From Pelomyxa schiedti (Eukaryota; Protista; Evosea), in NCBI GenBank assembly GCA_020536535.1, contig JAHLWZ010000865.1, forward strand, positions 1-64,000: a stretch of DNA of 64,000 bases, in the 5' to 3' direction. The position numbers and the translations under genes are program-made. The number at the start of each line of letters is the position of its first letter. Positions within the stretch are counted from its first letter, which is position 1. This document shows positions 51,001-64,000 of this stretch, one piece after another. The notes under the pieces were generated by a model. The model saw only the letters and a list, made by a program, of their open reading frames with translations. It made no database searches and was not told the DNA's origin.

Positions 51001-54000
51001 AACACTTCTCGGTGTGGATAATTTCAAATTGGCCTACTGCCTTTCTGATTTTCTTCATCACACTGCACTCTTGATCCACTTTGATTCTATTGTGCCAAAC
51101 AATCAACAACATCTATCAGATGCCATCAACAATGTACAAATGATACATAAGTACAGAAATTCGGCACTAATAGTTTATTAACAGATGCTGGACACCTTCA
51201 GCAACGACTTTGGTCGTATTCTCGAGTATTCTGAGGCAGACCTCATCACAACACTCCTGAACCAACTCCTAGAACTTACAAACACCATCTCCACGCTTCA
51301 TAAATATCACGACTTCTACCCACACTTGGCTGAGTCTTTGGTGGAAGTGATCAATCAACAGGTTTTATCTCCCTCTTGTTGAGAGATCTGAGGTCACCAC
51401 AGAATCAAGGACTGGCTCGGGCCACTCAACTTAACCCCAGTGATGCTCTAGACCTGGATTGTGGGGCGTTTGAGTGCAACGCCACTTCCCTCTCAAACAA
51501 AAAATCTGTGGAACAGCTGAAGTTGTTTGCAGCGATACTGGGAAGAGTTACATCCTGTCCTACATGCGCAAGCCCTTCTGGACCACTTTCTTTCATGGAA
51601 AAGAGTATTGACACACTTCTAGATGTTCAACTGGACGTCATCTTTGCGGTACTCCTCCCCCATTTAATGAAGTTCTTCTCATTAGCTTTCCAGATGGCAA
51701 AAGCCTTGCTCAATCTTCCATATGCAAGAACTTCTATTGCTCAAAAGTGCCATGATTTATTATACACTGTGAAGATATCAGGAGATTCAAGTGTGCACTT
51801 TTTCACATATCCATTTATTTAGTAGTGATCTATTACTAGGTTTTAGAGGAAATGTGCTCGAAGTCACTTCATTAATTCTAGCTTCTATAAAGCTGAACCA
51901 AGGGTACATCAACCAAGAAGAAGAGTGCCAAACTATAGAAATATGCTCTGCTATGCTTGAAGTTTTATTTCATTTAAACCGGCACCAACAATTGCATTGG
52001 TCAAATCGAAAGTGCCTGGCTGGTTGTTTCCTCATTTTCAAAGTATACTCCATTTACCTTTTTTCTTTACAGAATGCCTTCCATATATTCTCTTCTTTCC
52101 AAACCTGGCTCAAAAGTTCCAAGAGCGATTTTTAAAGTTATTTGCAGACCCGGACTACCGTGTGAGATACCAGATGGCTTTATCAATCAAGCCTCATTTC
52201 ACTGCAAACCCGGAGAGCACACTTTTTCAGGAGATAGAGCAAGCACTTCCTCTTGTTATCACGAAATGTTTGTACTCCCAGCCTTTTTCCAGACTAAGGG
52301 TTATTAGGTTCCCAAGAGGAAGCTATAACAAGTTTACTCACTCTAGCAGATCTAGGTTGCATTCTCCCTTCTCATCTAGGCTCCATTCTTTTTATTATAT
52401 GTTCCCACAGTTCCACAGGTTTACCTTTCCCAACCGTTTGATGAACAAAATCAACTTGTCTTACAAATAGAAAGCTCACCTGATGAAAACCTTTCAAATG
52501 ACGAAACTATGGAGAAAGTTCAACAAGCCATACTGCAGCATATTGCACAGATGTTGGAATATGAGTCCATCCCAAACTTGTTGCGAGAGTACCTACCAGA
52601 GTTATTGTCTAGATGGATACATGGACAAAAGAGCCAACCCATTTCCCGATTTCCCCTCTTCCTGATTGGAGAATCAGACATTGATGAATTCTTTGTTAGG
52701 TGTGATAGTTCTTATAAATTTTCTGCTCACCTTTTTCTCAAGTCATTCAACACTTATTGTACCACGCTTGGTGTATTCCCGAAATGAGAGTGACCTTCTG
52801 AAAGTTAGACAAGCCCACAACTCTGAGAATACCCCAACACTGGAATGGTAGTTGCCCTACATTCAAATACGCCATCTGTCTAAGAGTCATGCTCAGGCTG
52901 TTGAAGCAATATTTCAGTGCAACATTTGCATATGTCTTTCCTCTATATTACATTCCAGAAGAGGAAACTCGGGCAGCCAAAGTATTTAACTTCATCCTTT
53001 CGAAAATTAGCCAGAGTATGTTTCCAACAATAAATACTCCTGGGATTCATTCCACTCCTCAGAGGAAGTTAATCGCCTCATTCCGACGAAGTTTACTCAA
53101 ATTGTGTTGAATATGTTTGATCTGATGACTTTCTCTTCCTCGGAGCAGTTTCCGCACTATCCCCCAGATTCAATATCAAAAGCATTGTCTCACTTGGGGA
53201 AAGATGCTTCCCCATCATCTGACAGCCCATCAATTTGGGATAAACAAATAGCGTATGATGACTCAATACTCAACCAGACTTACTTGAACAATAGTAACCC
53301 AGAATGCTTCCAGTCTATATTCCTCCACATTAACAAGAAGTTCGCTGTCACAAGGCGTGGTGATGAAAAGGAACGTCTTTTTGGTGTTTTTGAGTTCTTT
53401 GTGCAGCAGCTTGGAAATAAGGTGACGGCTGCAAGTACTTTGAGAGGTTTGCCCCTGTGTGTACTGTTGCAAGGTAACACCTCCCAGACGCCATTTTCAC
53501 TTCAGTTCGGTTTATGTCCTGTGAGCATCTTCATGGAAGGGCCTGCCTTTTGTTAAAGCAGTTATGTGAACTTTCTGTGGAAGAAGGACAATTTATATCC
53601 ACCTTGATCCCCTCGGTATCATTCCCCTCACTTTCTTGTGGTTCACATTTCCGTAGCTAATTTCATCCTTGTGGCCATACATTCAACAATCAAGTGAAAT
53701 TTTTGTTGACCTGCTGTCTTATCTTGTCAGTCACCCTTTACTTCAAGAGGCAATTTTAAACCTCAATCTCTTTGATGAAGATCTGCCATCCCTCAAACCT
53801 TATACGAAGGTTTCTCCTTGTGTTTGTTGAGATTTACAAACTATTCAGAAACTGCTCCATCTTCGTGGTGAGAAGGTTCTCAATGATGAGTTGTCCCTTT
53901 TCTTGTCCCACAACCAGGCGAACACACATAAAACTGAAGCTGCCACCCTCTCTAGGCTAAGGCACCTTACCACCCTGCTGGAGAAAAACAGCAATGTTAC

Positions 54001-57000
54001 CCCCCCTCAGTTACCTTCCAGAATATTAAAAGTACACTAGGTGAACAATTCAGACGCAAAACCCTTGCTTATAGACCTGGCATGGTGCCTCATTCACAGG
54101 AGCAAAACTGCATCCCCCAGCATTCTGTATTGTGTTTAGTTGAGTTTCGTTTTATTCATTGAAATAGACTTCAAATTAGTGAGTGCCTTGGTGCAATGGG
54201 CTGCCTGGACCCCTCTATTCTTGCTGATGTAGGGAATCATGTTCCACCAATCAACCCATTTCCAGCTTCTCCCATCTTGCTGAAACAAGAAATGGAAAGT
54301 GTAACAAGACATACACAAGTTTATATTATCATACTTAAACTCTTGGATTCCTACCTTAACGATGACGATGTGTCAGTGATTGACATAACTTCGAATACTC
54401 TAAAGGTAATCAACTGTGCCTTCATGGTCCTAACTTACAAATCCAGCAAATTTTGAAAACTGTCAGTGGTCAAGAGGCTTTCTCTTTATTAGATGCAAAC
54501 GAGCAGAAATTGTTAAGTCCTTTTAAACCTACTATGGCTGTGCCTTCTCCTCGGTTAAAAGGCTCTGGATTATCCTCCATAGACACTTTACCTGTTATTT
54601 CATGACAAGTACTTGCCTAAGGAATTTACATAGTGACAGATTTGGGAGCAGCAAAGTAGCTCTAGTTATTCCATGTGGATGTGTAACCTCACAGCAGCAC
54701 TAACACCATATGCTTTTCAAGTATCCTATTCTTGACTTTGTCCTTGTTTACTGATGAAACTCAGGATGAAGTTTTGCCCTTGTGTGGTCCAATTTGCCAA
54801 GCAAAACTAGAATTTGCTGAATTCCTATATACTCCCCTCGTCTTCAGCATACTGGAGACTGATTTGTCTCAAGCTACAAGTCTTTCTTTATGCTTCCGTA
54901 CTCATCTTCTTAACAGTCCCCATTTAGTCTGTTCCCAATGACTTTTTCTCTTACACGATTAACACACAAAAGGACGTTATTTCGCTATCATTACAAGCCC
55001 TTGATTACTTGAGAGTTAATCTCACTGGCACCAGAAAAGAGAAACCATCTTATTTTGTCAAGTTTGTTCTGTGTATCACAACTTCTGTCTAACCCCTTAC
55101 AGACCATTTTGGGATAAGTATCCAGAATTTTGGATTGAATTCGATTTCATTGGCATTGCCCAGGCAGCAGTCAAGTGCTCATCGTTCTTTGGTGCGGTTC
55201 AGTATGTTGAATTTCACTGTGACAAGAAGCTCTATGATGTTGCTACTAAATTTCCTCTCCATCAATAACCACCCACAAAGAAATCTGTCTGCTTGTCGAT
55301 ACCCCCTGGTGATGAGAATTCTATTAATAATTTATTACTGGATATCTACACGAACATTAATGAGCCAGATAGTGTATGCAACACAGACAGTGGAAAAAAG
55401 AATATGTGACCAACCAAACACTAGATCTCTTGCATTCCTAAGACACATGGAAATGTTCGTGCTGATATCATTACTAGCAGGCATGAATGTAATTGGCTCA
55501 ACCTACTGCGGATGTAAGTTAAAAATATAAATATATGTTGACAGTATTTAGTTCTGATACCTGCCTTGAATCCTCCACATCACACCCTCCCACTGAGTCT
55601 GTTACATCACTCCTATTATCCCTGCATAACTTAGGACAGCAACACCTTCTCGAATTCTACTTGAGTATAAGCCAACTTATTGATTTGAATGCTAATGCCC
55701 CCTTTCTTAGAGGGAATAACTGTCAGCTACCCTGACTTACTTCCAAAAATATCCGAATTTCAGGTTTGTCACAGTAGTTTGCCACACCCACAGAAAGATA
55801 ACATTTTTTCAATCTAGTTTGAGAACGCGTGGCAAAGAATGCAATGGAATCTGGATGCTCCTTTGAGCGTCGAAGGTGACTACCTTGACTTCAACCATGC
55901 AGTCTACTTGTGTCTTCGATCCATTCATGATGGTGACCACCAAATATTCCTTTCGTCCCTTAAATCATCAAGGTTGAAAAAAACCTTTTACCTTAACAAC
56001 ACCTCAATATTAGTAGGATGGAGATAGCACAAAGACTGGGTCGCATGAGTCATGAAAGCAGTAAAGAAGCACACTCACTTTTCGTAAAGCTACAGTGCCT
56101 CTCGGAAGTGAGTCATATCTGGAATATTGTGTGGGGCCCTGCTAGCATGAGTTCTACTGGGCACACACTGTTACCACAGGCATTAAAGAGCCGCCCTTCC
56201 GAAGAGGAAGTAGAAAGTCTGTTCAGCTACTGGAGGGTCAGTCCTCTACAGTTTCATAATGATTGTATCTATACTGTTATCCAACACCAAGCTTATAGAA
56301 AAGTGAGTTATGTGTTCAAAAGTCTTTTGCTATCCTTGAGCCACTTCTTGGAGTGAGGAGGGTTTTCCTTCAGGTAGGCTATGCATCACTGCCCCTTTTG
56401 TTAATGAGCTTCAAAAAGATTCTTGGGCATGAAGACAAGTTACCTCTTATGCTTCGGAATCACGCAGTATTAGCTCGAGGCTCATCTTGCTTCAGTACTG
56501 CTTTCAACCTGCTCCATCAGGTTTTTTTTTTTAAAAAAAAAAGCTAAATGTGTAATGGCGATGAAAATCAGGCAAATGCCCTCGATAGTACAGGCCCACA
56601 CTCTGTTACCTCTGTAATTGAAGAATGTAAAATTTTGTGGCATCAAGGGGAGCTCAATAGAGCAATCGAAATCTTAAAGAGCATTGAGAATAGCCCATCA
56701 CTAAATGGCAGTTCAATTTCTTTATGAGTACATATGATTGACTTAACTGCAGAATCCATTCTTGCAAAAGTGCTTTACAACATTGGAAAGTGGACAGCCC
56801 AGACTAGAGCTGAGCGTGGCCAAATAATCGAAGACTATCTACAACGATCAGTGCAACTCTTACAACACCATGGAAGTAATGTATGCAAGGCTTGCTTTCG
56901 GTTGGCCCAATGTAAGTCAGTAACTACTTCTAACGTGCTAACCTTAAACCAGTTTGTGATGAAATTCACCAAAATTTTATTGACCAAACAAAGGTTTTGG

Positions 57001-59544
57001 TGCCTTTAAGTTACCTTTCCAATGATAACACTTGAACTAGTCACCAGAGTGGGAAACTCAACAGAATTTGAGAACTTTGAAAGAGCAGGAGCTAGAAAAA
57101 TTAAACTCCAAGATGAAGAACTCTGATCAAACAATCCAGCGGTACTTCTTTTTCGGGCATCCCATTAGGTGACTAATTATTCAAAGACATATCCATGTCT
57201 TGGAGCGTCAGGTGGAACTTGACCGGCAGGAAACAGCGAGGACTGAACTAGGTATAGGATGAAGTGGCAGTAATTAGAATTAACGTTGCCCAATGAAGAG
57301 AAAGCTAAATTCTTGCGTCAAGCTGTCCTCAACTACATAAACAGTCTCAAGTTTGGAGACAAGTATGACATCTCATCTGTGTTCAGACTCTGTTCTCTCT
57401 GGTTTTTCAATACCACTGATGATCAAATAAATCTCACGATGAAATCTTCTATTCCCCAAATTCAGGTTTGAAAACTTCTATTTTCCCTTCCTAACTCACT
57501 CAGTCCCGTAAATTTATACCTTTGATATACCAAATCGCTTCACGTTTGAGCTTAGAGAAAAACGAATTTCAGGTGCAACTCTTTCCCTCTATGCCTGCTG
57601 CTCACCCCAGCATAGTCCGCACTACAAGTTCTCCTTGAAAGATGCTCTGCAGATCACCCGCACCATACACTTTGGCAATTATTTGCACTTGCACATGGTG
57701 ACCGGAGGCAGAAGCAGGACCGTCACCATATTGTGGACCAAGATAAAGTCTCAGCCGCAAATGGTATTCCCCCGAAATTTTGCAGGCTTTAACATAAGTT
57801 AAGCGATTTTAAACCATCTTCCTCAAGCAGTAAGCGGGGTTCTTTCTCAAATGAGGCTACTCATAACAGCCTACATAGACGTACTGCTCTCCTATTCCAT
57901 TACACACTGATGTTTTTAGCTGGCCTCTCTTGACTTTAAAGGAGACAGCAAACCAAAGGTTCAACAACCCATTCCGTTACCAAGCAACATACGTGTGCCT
58001 CCTCTGCACAGTGTTGCTGTACCCACTGTGGATACCCCTCTTGACCCCCACTGCAGATATAGTGTAAATGTGCTTTTTAGTACTTCCTTTCCAACGCATT
58101 ACCAAAGGATATAATATCTGTGGATGGGTTTGAAAAGACATTTACTATTCCCGGAGGGATAAATCTTCCCAGGTGTATAATTTGCAGAGGTTCTAATGGT
58201 GTTGGATATAAACAACTTGTTAAAGTTACGTTACCAACTTCATATTGCATCTTAACATTCATACAGGGAACAGATGACTTGAGGCAGGACGCAGTGATGG
58301 AACAGTTGTTTCAGATGGTCAATGTTCTACTTACAGAAAGCCACGAAACACGAAAAAGGAACTTAAAGATTCGCACTTATAAAGTAAGAAGATATTGTGG
58401 TGTAAACTCCCCAACCTCTCTAGGTCGTTCCTCTGACTCCGACATCTGGCTTTCTCGAATGGGTGAATAACACAATACCAATTGGAGAATATCTCGTTGG
58501 TTCATCAAGGTATTTAGCTGGTATGGTTCGAAGTTAACTTTACAAAGAGAACCAAATAACACCACTTGCGCTCACGTGAGATTTCACCCCAATGACTGGC
58601 GCTCTGCAGAATGCCGGTTTCTTTTCGCCTTATTATTATTTTTTTTTCTTACCTTTCTTTTTTGTAGGAAGAAGCTTAGTGCCAATGCTCGAGGTTATAA
58701 AGAAATATGTGACCATTTTAAGCCTGTGTTCCATCACTTTTTCCAAGAGTTCTTCTCTACAGCCTCACAGTGGTTTGAGAAGCAAATCTCCTACACCCGC
58801 AGTGTTGCGTCAAACAGTATCATTGGTGTGTAAACATTCGTGATTGAGGATTGCAAACATCATGCAACAGGTTACATTGTCGGTCTGGGAGACCGGCATG
58901 CACAAAATATTCTAGTTGACAAATCCACGGCCGAGCTTGTGCACATAGACCTTGGAGTTGCCTTTGAGCAGGGCAAAACTCTAAATACTCCTGAACTCGT
59001 CCCATTTCGTCTCACACGTGACATTGTTGACGGAATGGGGGTATCCGGCACTGAAGGAGTCTTTCGGCGCTGCTGTGAAGAGACAATGAGAGTTCTGCAT
59101 TTAAGACACCAAGCACTTTTGACCATACTTGAAGTATTTATCCACGACCCACTGTATCGTTGGGCTCTGGATCCTTTGGCGGTAAGTAGTCAAATTGTAC
59201 CATGTCGTCTAATTTTTTCAGGCACACCGGAGACAAGGTGACTCTGAAGAAGATTCCCCCAAAGAAAACACATCTGTAAATGGTGAGACTGTTCACCTTT
59301 TCTTGTGACTCACAAAAACAAAGCCTTCCCAGGCAATCGTGACGCCGAGCGTGCATTGTTCCGGTTGAAGTTAAAGCTGCAGGCACTCGAATACGGCGAC
59401 CCTCTCTCTGTACATTCCACTTCACGTGCTTCCTCGTTACTCAGAATTCCACAGGTCGAAGGACAGGTTACCCAGCTCATCATAGAAGCAAAAGATCCCC
59501 AAAGACTGGGAAAGATGTATCCTGGTTGGGCACCCTGGGTTTAA
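48051..59544 (+). CDS. ATM: ATM/Tel1 serine/threonine kinase (PIKK), many exons
   Basis: N-terminal TAN-like [11 protein letters not shown]; FAT region; [63 protein letters not shown]; [30 protein letters not shown]. Confidence 0.97.
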
Positions 59545-59597
59545 AAAAATTGTGTTGTATGTTAAAAGAACAATAAACATAGTGTTTTGTTAGGAAA

Positions 59598-62500
59598 TCA
59601 AAACAGAGAGGGGAAGACTGGGAAAGTTCTGGGTCTTGTTGGCGGGGCAGGACGGGTCACCCAGTTGCCCACTGTTTCTATTAGAAAATGTGGCAATAAG
59701 TGAAAGCCACTGTTTCTTCCACATGCAGGGTGGCATGATAAAGCATAAATCCAACAAATTTTTGCTTTCAGGAAAGTCTGGGCAGTTTGGTGACAAGAAA
59801 TAAAGAACAATACATTAACCTGGAGGGACTCGCTTGTTTGAAGAGCTTCTATCCACATTTCTCTGCAACAACCAGTGTTGGAGAGTTCTGCACCCTTACT
59901 CATTAGAATTTGAACAACTCTAATGGCTTGAGTAGGTCCGCACAGTCTGTATGCAGAACTGTGCTGTGGAAGACTCCAGTACAAGGCAATCTGTAGAGAA
60001 AATACACGGACTTCTGGTTTTTCCTGGTCATTTACCTGAGCTCCTTTCCCTATAAGGAAAGTTATTCTTTCGGCCCTCCCAAAGAGTGCCGCAGAAGCCA
60101 AGGGTGTCATCGTATTTTTCTCTGCAAATCGCCACTGGGCTGGGGTATCCACAATGTCGGGCCGCACAGCAAGTAACGATTGTATTAGATAATCAGATTG
60201 CGGGACCGTGGAGCAGCACAGGTGGACAAGCGCCATTGGGCCCCAGTCCAAAGTTTTGCTTCCTGGCTTTGGCCAAGATGCTCCACATTCAAGAAGTGCT
60301 TGTGCGGAAGGCCCTTTTTCCAACAAAATGGCAACAAACAGAGGTTGCAGTGCTAGTCGGGAAGGAATCCAGTCTACGCCCCAGGCACTGTGTGATTCAG
60401 GAGTATCAACACAGACCCCCGCTTTGGAAAGGGCAAGTATACAATGAGGATTGTTCACAACAACAGCCTCCATCAGAGTCTTTGTGCTCGGAGAGACAAC
60501 GTGGAAAGAGAGTAGCTTCACAAGTGCTTTTGAGTCAGGAGCACAGGTGGCCAGAAGCAGGTCCTCTTCAGTTACTTTGGCACCAGCTTTGTACAAAGTG
60601 CCAAGGCATTTACCGGTACGGTAGGCATGATGTATAGCCTTCCGGTTTAGACCCGGATGATATGCGTTTGGTGAGACCCCATTACCAAGTAAAATCTGTT
60701 TTCTTCAATTTGGTGGCATTGCGAAGAATATGCACACCTTGACTAACGTCTTATCATCGCTCTTTATTGCTGCAAATAAAGCCGCCTCGAGCAGGGGGCG
60801 GTTTCCCTTGCTGTATGTACAGAGCAACGTAAAAATGTCATCCCGTAGCTGTCAAAGAAAAATTATAGTCCTAACAGGTATTTTTTGTTTCCGAGTGAGG
60901 AGGTAACCTTGGATGGTGGTTGTTCAGCACAAAGAGCTAAAAATGTAGTAGAATCTTTTGTTGTGGCACCAGCATTAATTAGAGTATGTACAATCTCAAG
61001 AGATTGTGCTTTAACGGCAACACCCCAAGCAGTTGTCGGACACAGATTGCCCTTCATTCTGAACCATGTAGGAGCAGTTAGATTGGGTTTGTTCCTCTTT
61101 ACATTGTTTTCTGTTGCACACTTGGAGCAAATCCAGAGAGTAAACTGCTGGTCGGTCACAACAACACTGTACTCGTTAGAAATTGCGTTGACCTCGCGGT
61201 ACTCTATCGTCTTTCTCAGAAGCTCCTCGAGACCCTCTGGAGTCATAAACTGTGACGACGCCAGAATACCATCGGCTACCAACGGTCCCTCTTCATACAA
61301 TGCCTTGTGTAGTTTCTGCACCAAGTAGCATGAACAATCAACAGACAAACCCCACAAGAAGAGGGGCACAACAAACTTCGAACATCCTTCCCACAATGAG
61401 GTCTGAATGATGTTTCTCAAAGTAGTTGTAGTTTGTGTTTGCCTCGCTGTTCCCCATAGCCCTCAACCCAAAAGAATTTTTTGTGCACAAACGGCCCAGG
61501 AAGGCCGTTTCACCCGATTCGTGCACACGGGTGCTAGTGGAAGGAATGAACCAGTTTATTTTTGTTCCATGGGGCCTGCTTCAAACTGCAAGGAAAGCCT
61601 CAAGGATAGCAGTTTCACCAATTCTCACAGTCACGGCATTGGCCAGTCTGGTAAAGTGCTTTGCGGAGGTGGAATTTCCAGCATGTGCTGCAGTTGAGTA
61701 TTGCGCTTTGAGGGTGGCAAGTGTATGCTCAAGGGAGCGTGCCACCGTAGGTATCCAGTTTGGTACTTGCAACTAAACACAGGAATTCCCGTACTTTCCT
61801 GGAAGAATAGTGTGGTTAGTTTGGTGTGGACAGTGGTGGGATTTATGGTTTCTTTCTTACTGGGAGGACTTCAGTTCAGCCGGAATGTACTTGAATCCAC
61901 CGCAGGCTACATAAAATGCTGAACTACTCAATAGATCAGAGGCACGCAGTTTGAGAGATATTCACCTGTAGGACATCCATGCATAGAACGCAGGCAATAT
62001 CAATAAGTAGTTTTGATGCTCGTGAGTGTCTTGTCCTTCTTTCCGGGAGCGTTGGTGCCGGCGTTTGCGTTTCTGGGCTGAAGTTATAAATTGTGTATTG
62101 CCGCGTTTGATTCGTCCAGCAAAAATGCATTCCTGAGCAATCAGTTGGTAGCACTTTTTGCAGCCATTTACTGCGTGTAGATGCCTCGCCTGTGATGTTT
62201 GTTTGGGGATTATCAGTAATTAATTACGGAACCCAACATACTGGTAAACGATGATAGGCATGGGGTGGTGCAAAGCCAATCCAAGTCAATAGAAACTTTG
62301 TCAAATGAATATGGCGTGTCCACAAATCCATAGCACCTCAGTAATTCCGAGTTGGAGAGGTCGCCGTACTACCTGAACATAACCTAACCCTAAGTTTTTC
62401 CGGCACATGGAGCAAGAATCCCTACCAGAGCTGAGTGCTGGTGCCGTTGTGTTGATTGGTTGCCTGTCTGGAATTCCTTTGTTGAGACTTCAATTTTCTC

Positions 62501-62727
62501 CCTCCAAGAAGATGCTCGTTAGGTCTATTCGCCTTTTCTCTGTTCCACACCAGCATCAAAACAATGAGAAATAAAAAAAAAATAGATCTGTTGTTATCAA
62601 ACTCTGGTTTGGTGGTGTTGGTTTGTTCACAGATGAAACCTGAAAGTTCCAGCCAAGACTCATGCTGCAGATGCAGTGTGAACAGTGGCTGTTGTGTATC
62701 AAGGTCAATCAACGTCAAGCTAGCCAT
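59598..62727 (-). CDS. Ankyrin-repeat protein with unknown N-terminal region and a C-terminal HPxCGxxS motif
   Basis: TPLASAALFGRAERITFLIGKGAQVN, PLFVAILLEKGPSAQALLECGA, LEIVHTLINAGA; terminal SCHPACGRNSGFHLLPHFLIETVGNWV. 5' exon joining uncertain. Confidence 0.65.
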
Positions 62728-62781
62728 GCTTGGGAAAAAAACTCGAATTTGTTTGCGGGTGCGTGGGGTTGACAAAAGTAA

Positions 62782-64000
62782 ATGGGAGCAGCACCCGTTA
62801 AAGTGCCAGTATCAGGTGAACTTCGGTCTCTTTGGGATGCGGTTGCTTCAGGTAACGCAACTCACACTGCTGTCTTACTTGGTCGTGGTGCTTCAATTGA
62901 CATAAACGCGTACTACAGAGATGGTATCGCTTTGTTCCAAGATAAATTTTACATAAAATTCGATTTTAACCCTCCTATTTAAACGCATACACAAAGTGCT
63001 CAATGAGAGCTCGACTAGCACACTGTTGCACTTGGCCTGTAGTGTTGGTAGTGTTTCTATTGTACAACTACTGATTTATGACCCACCGCCACCTCATAAG
63101 CCATTCAAAAACATGAATGCACCAAGGTCACCTGATGACACCTCCACTGCACTATCAGTTGCATGTAGGTTGGGATATGAGGAAGTGGTATGTGAGATAG
63201 TGCAGGGACCGCGTGGTGGCGAGGTGGATGTAAACTACATTACTGCCTGGGGGACACCACTGCACATTACGTGTGCCCTCATTGACCAAGAGAAAGCAGC
63301 AAGGATTGCACAGACACTTCTGTCACACCCTTCCATTAAGGTGAATAAGGGTGACGGAAAACACCGCTCACAAAAGCTCTCCTCAAGGGGTCACTCTCAG
63401 TTGCACTAGTAATTAAACTGCATGGTGGTGTTGTCACCCCAGTGAAGCAAGAAAAGGTGGACAAGGCAATGGGTGGTCATGATAAATTTCTCGAGTTCTT
63501 GGCTAGCTGTAGTGGTTGCTTGCAGCTAGCTTGTCCACCTTCTTGCCCAGCTATAGCACAACCCGTTTCATCCTCGTATCCTCAACAACTACCACCAAAG
63601 GTTCCCCCCATCAGTGACACCAACAGAATGAGTCTTACTGCAGACACTGAAACACCACCAGTTGGTACATTCTGCCATTGTCCATTAAATTTATCCTGAC
63701 CTTCTTCATCAGAAAGGCTCTTGAAAAACGACGTGGTGAGTGAGCTTGAAATAGATGTTACACCAATGCCACTTGGTATATCCTCACCTTTTCATAAAAT
63801 GACTAATGACCCATCAGGTAGGCTTTCTAAGAAGCAAATTCAAGCTGGGTACGAAATTCTCAGACAACTTGAAGTAGCAATCGCCACCCCTGGAGGTGCC
63901 CCACAAGGTGTTGTTGAAGATTACACCAATCAATTTAATACTCTCATTCCACATGGATTTCCTCCGGTTTTGATTTCCACCACTGATTTATTGAAGAGCC
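62782..64000 (+). CDS. Ankyrin-repeat PARP-family protein (5' part, runs off the window)
   Basis: N-terminal ankyrin repeats (TLLHLACSVGSVSIVQLLI, GTPLHITC), then a PARP regulatory domain ELEIDVTPMPLGRLSKKQIQAGYEILRQLE...YTNQFNTLIPH. Confidence 0.8.

Noticed and set aside
54721-54764. GTATCCTA donor as a second U12 intron
   Set aside because: Typical short length and no U12-like branch site near the acceptor.
48051-59544. ATM (and other genes) as fragmented pseudogenes, or evidence of an alternative genetic code
   Set aside because: Where checked, the breaks are explained by short GT-AG introns and the catalytic motifs are intact; no stop reassignment is needed.
60086-61328. 183-aa and 147-aa plus-strand ORFs
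   Set aside because: Antisense to the ankyrin-repeat gene exons.
62782-64000. Calling the terminal gene tankyrase
   Set aside because: No SAM domain seen, a PRD is present, and the catalytic domain lies outside the window.

Overview
Gene-dense, intron-rich eukaryotic DNA with mostly 38-50 nt GT-AG introns, standard genetic code and intergenic gaps often under 200 bp. The fragmented ORF track reflects exons, not pseudogenes. The style and the Lys-rich C-terminal extension on eS4 suggest an amoebozoan, possibly an archamoeba such as Pelomyxa (inference only). About 23 protein-coding genes were assembled by eye. Clear housekeeping genes: RPS4, ATM, GDP-L-fucose synthase, a ZIP transporter, a PLP aminotransferase, a cyclin, a TGS/ThrRS-N uridine kinase, BCNT/Swc5, RNASEK and a Cwh43-like protein. 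The most striking gene (28681-36180) appears to fuse BRCT-WGR-PRD-PARP (intact H-Y-E triad) in frame to a Pol-beta-type nucleotidyltransferase (AGG...SDID), ankyrin repeats and an FG-like tail. Other unusual items: a zf-UBP sirtuin with a natural catalytic His->Tyr change, a condensin CAP-G with C-terminal BRCT domains, a surface-anchored tandem pseudo-pyrophosphatase, a radical SAM-like protein lacking CxxxCxxC, an aegerolysin-like/EEP fusion, a second ankyrin-PARP cut by the window end, several intergenic fold-back sequences, and A-rich AAG splice acceptors. All gene models are manual and unverified by transcripts or database searches.
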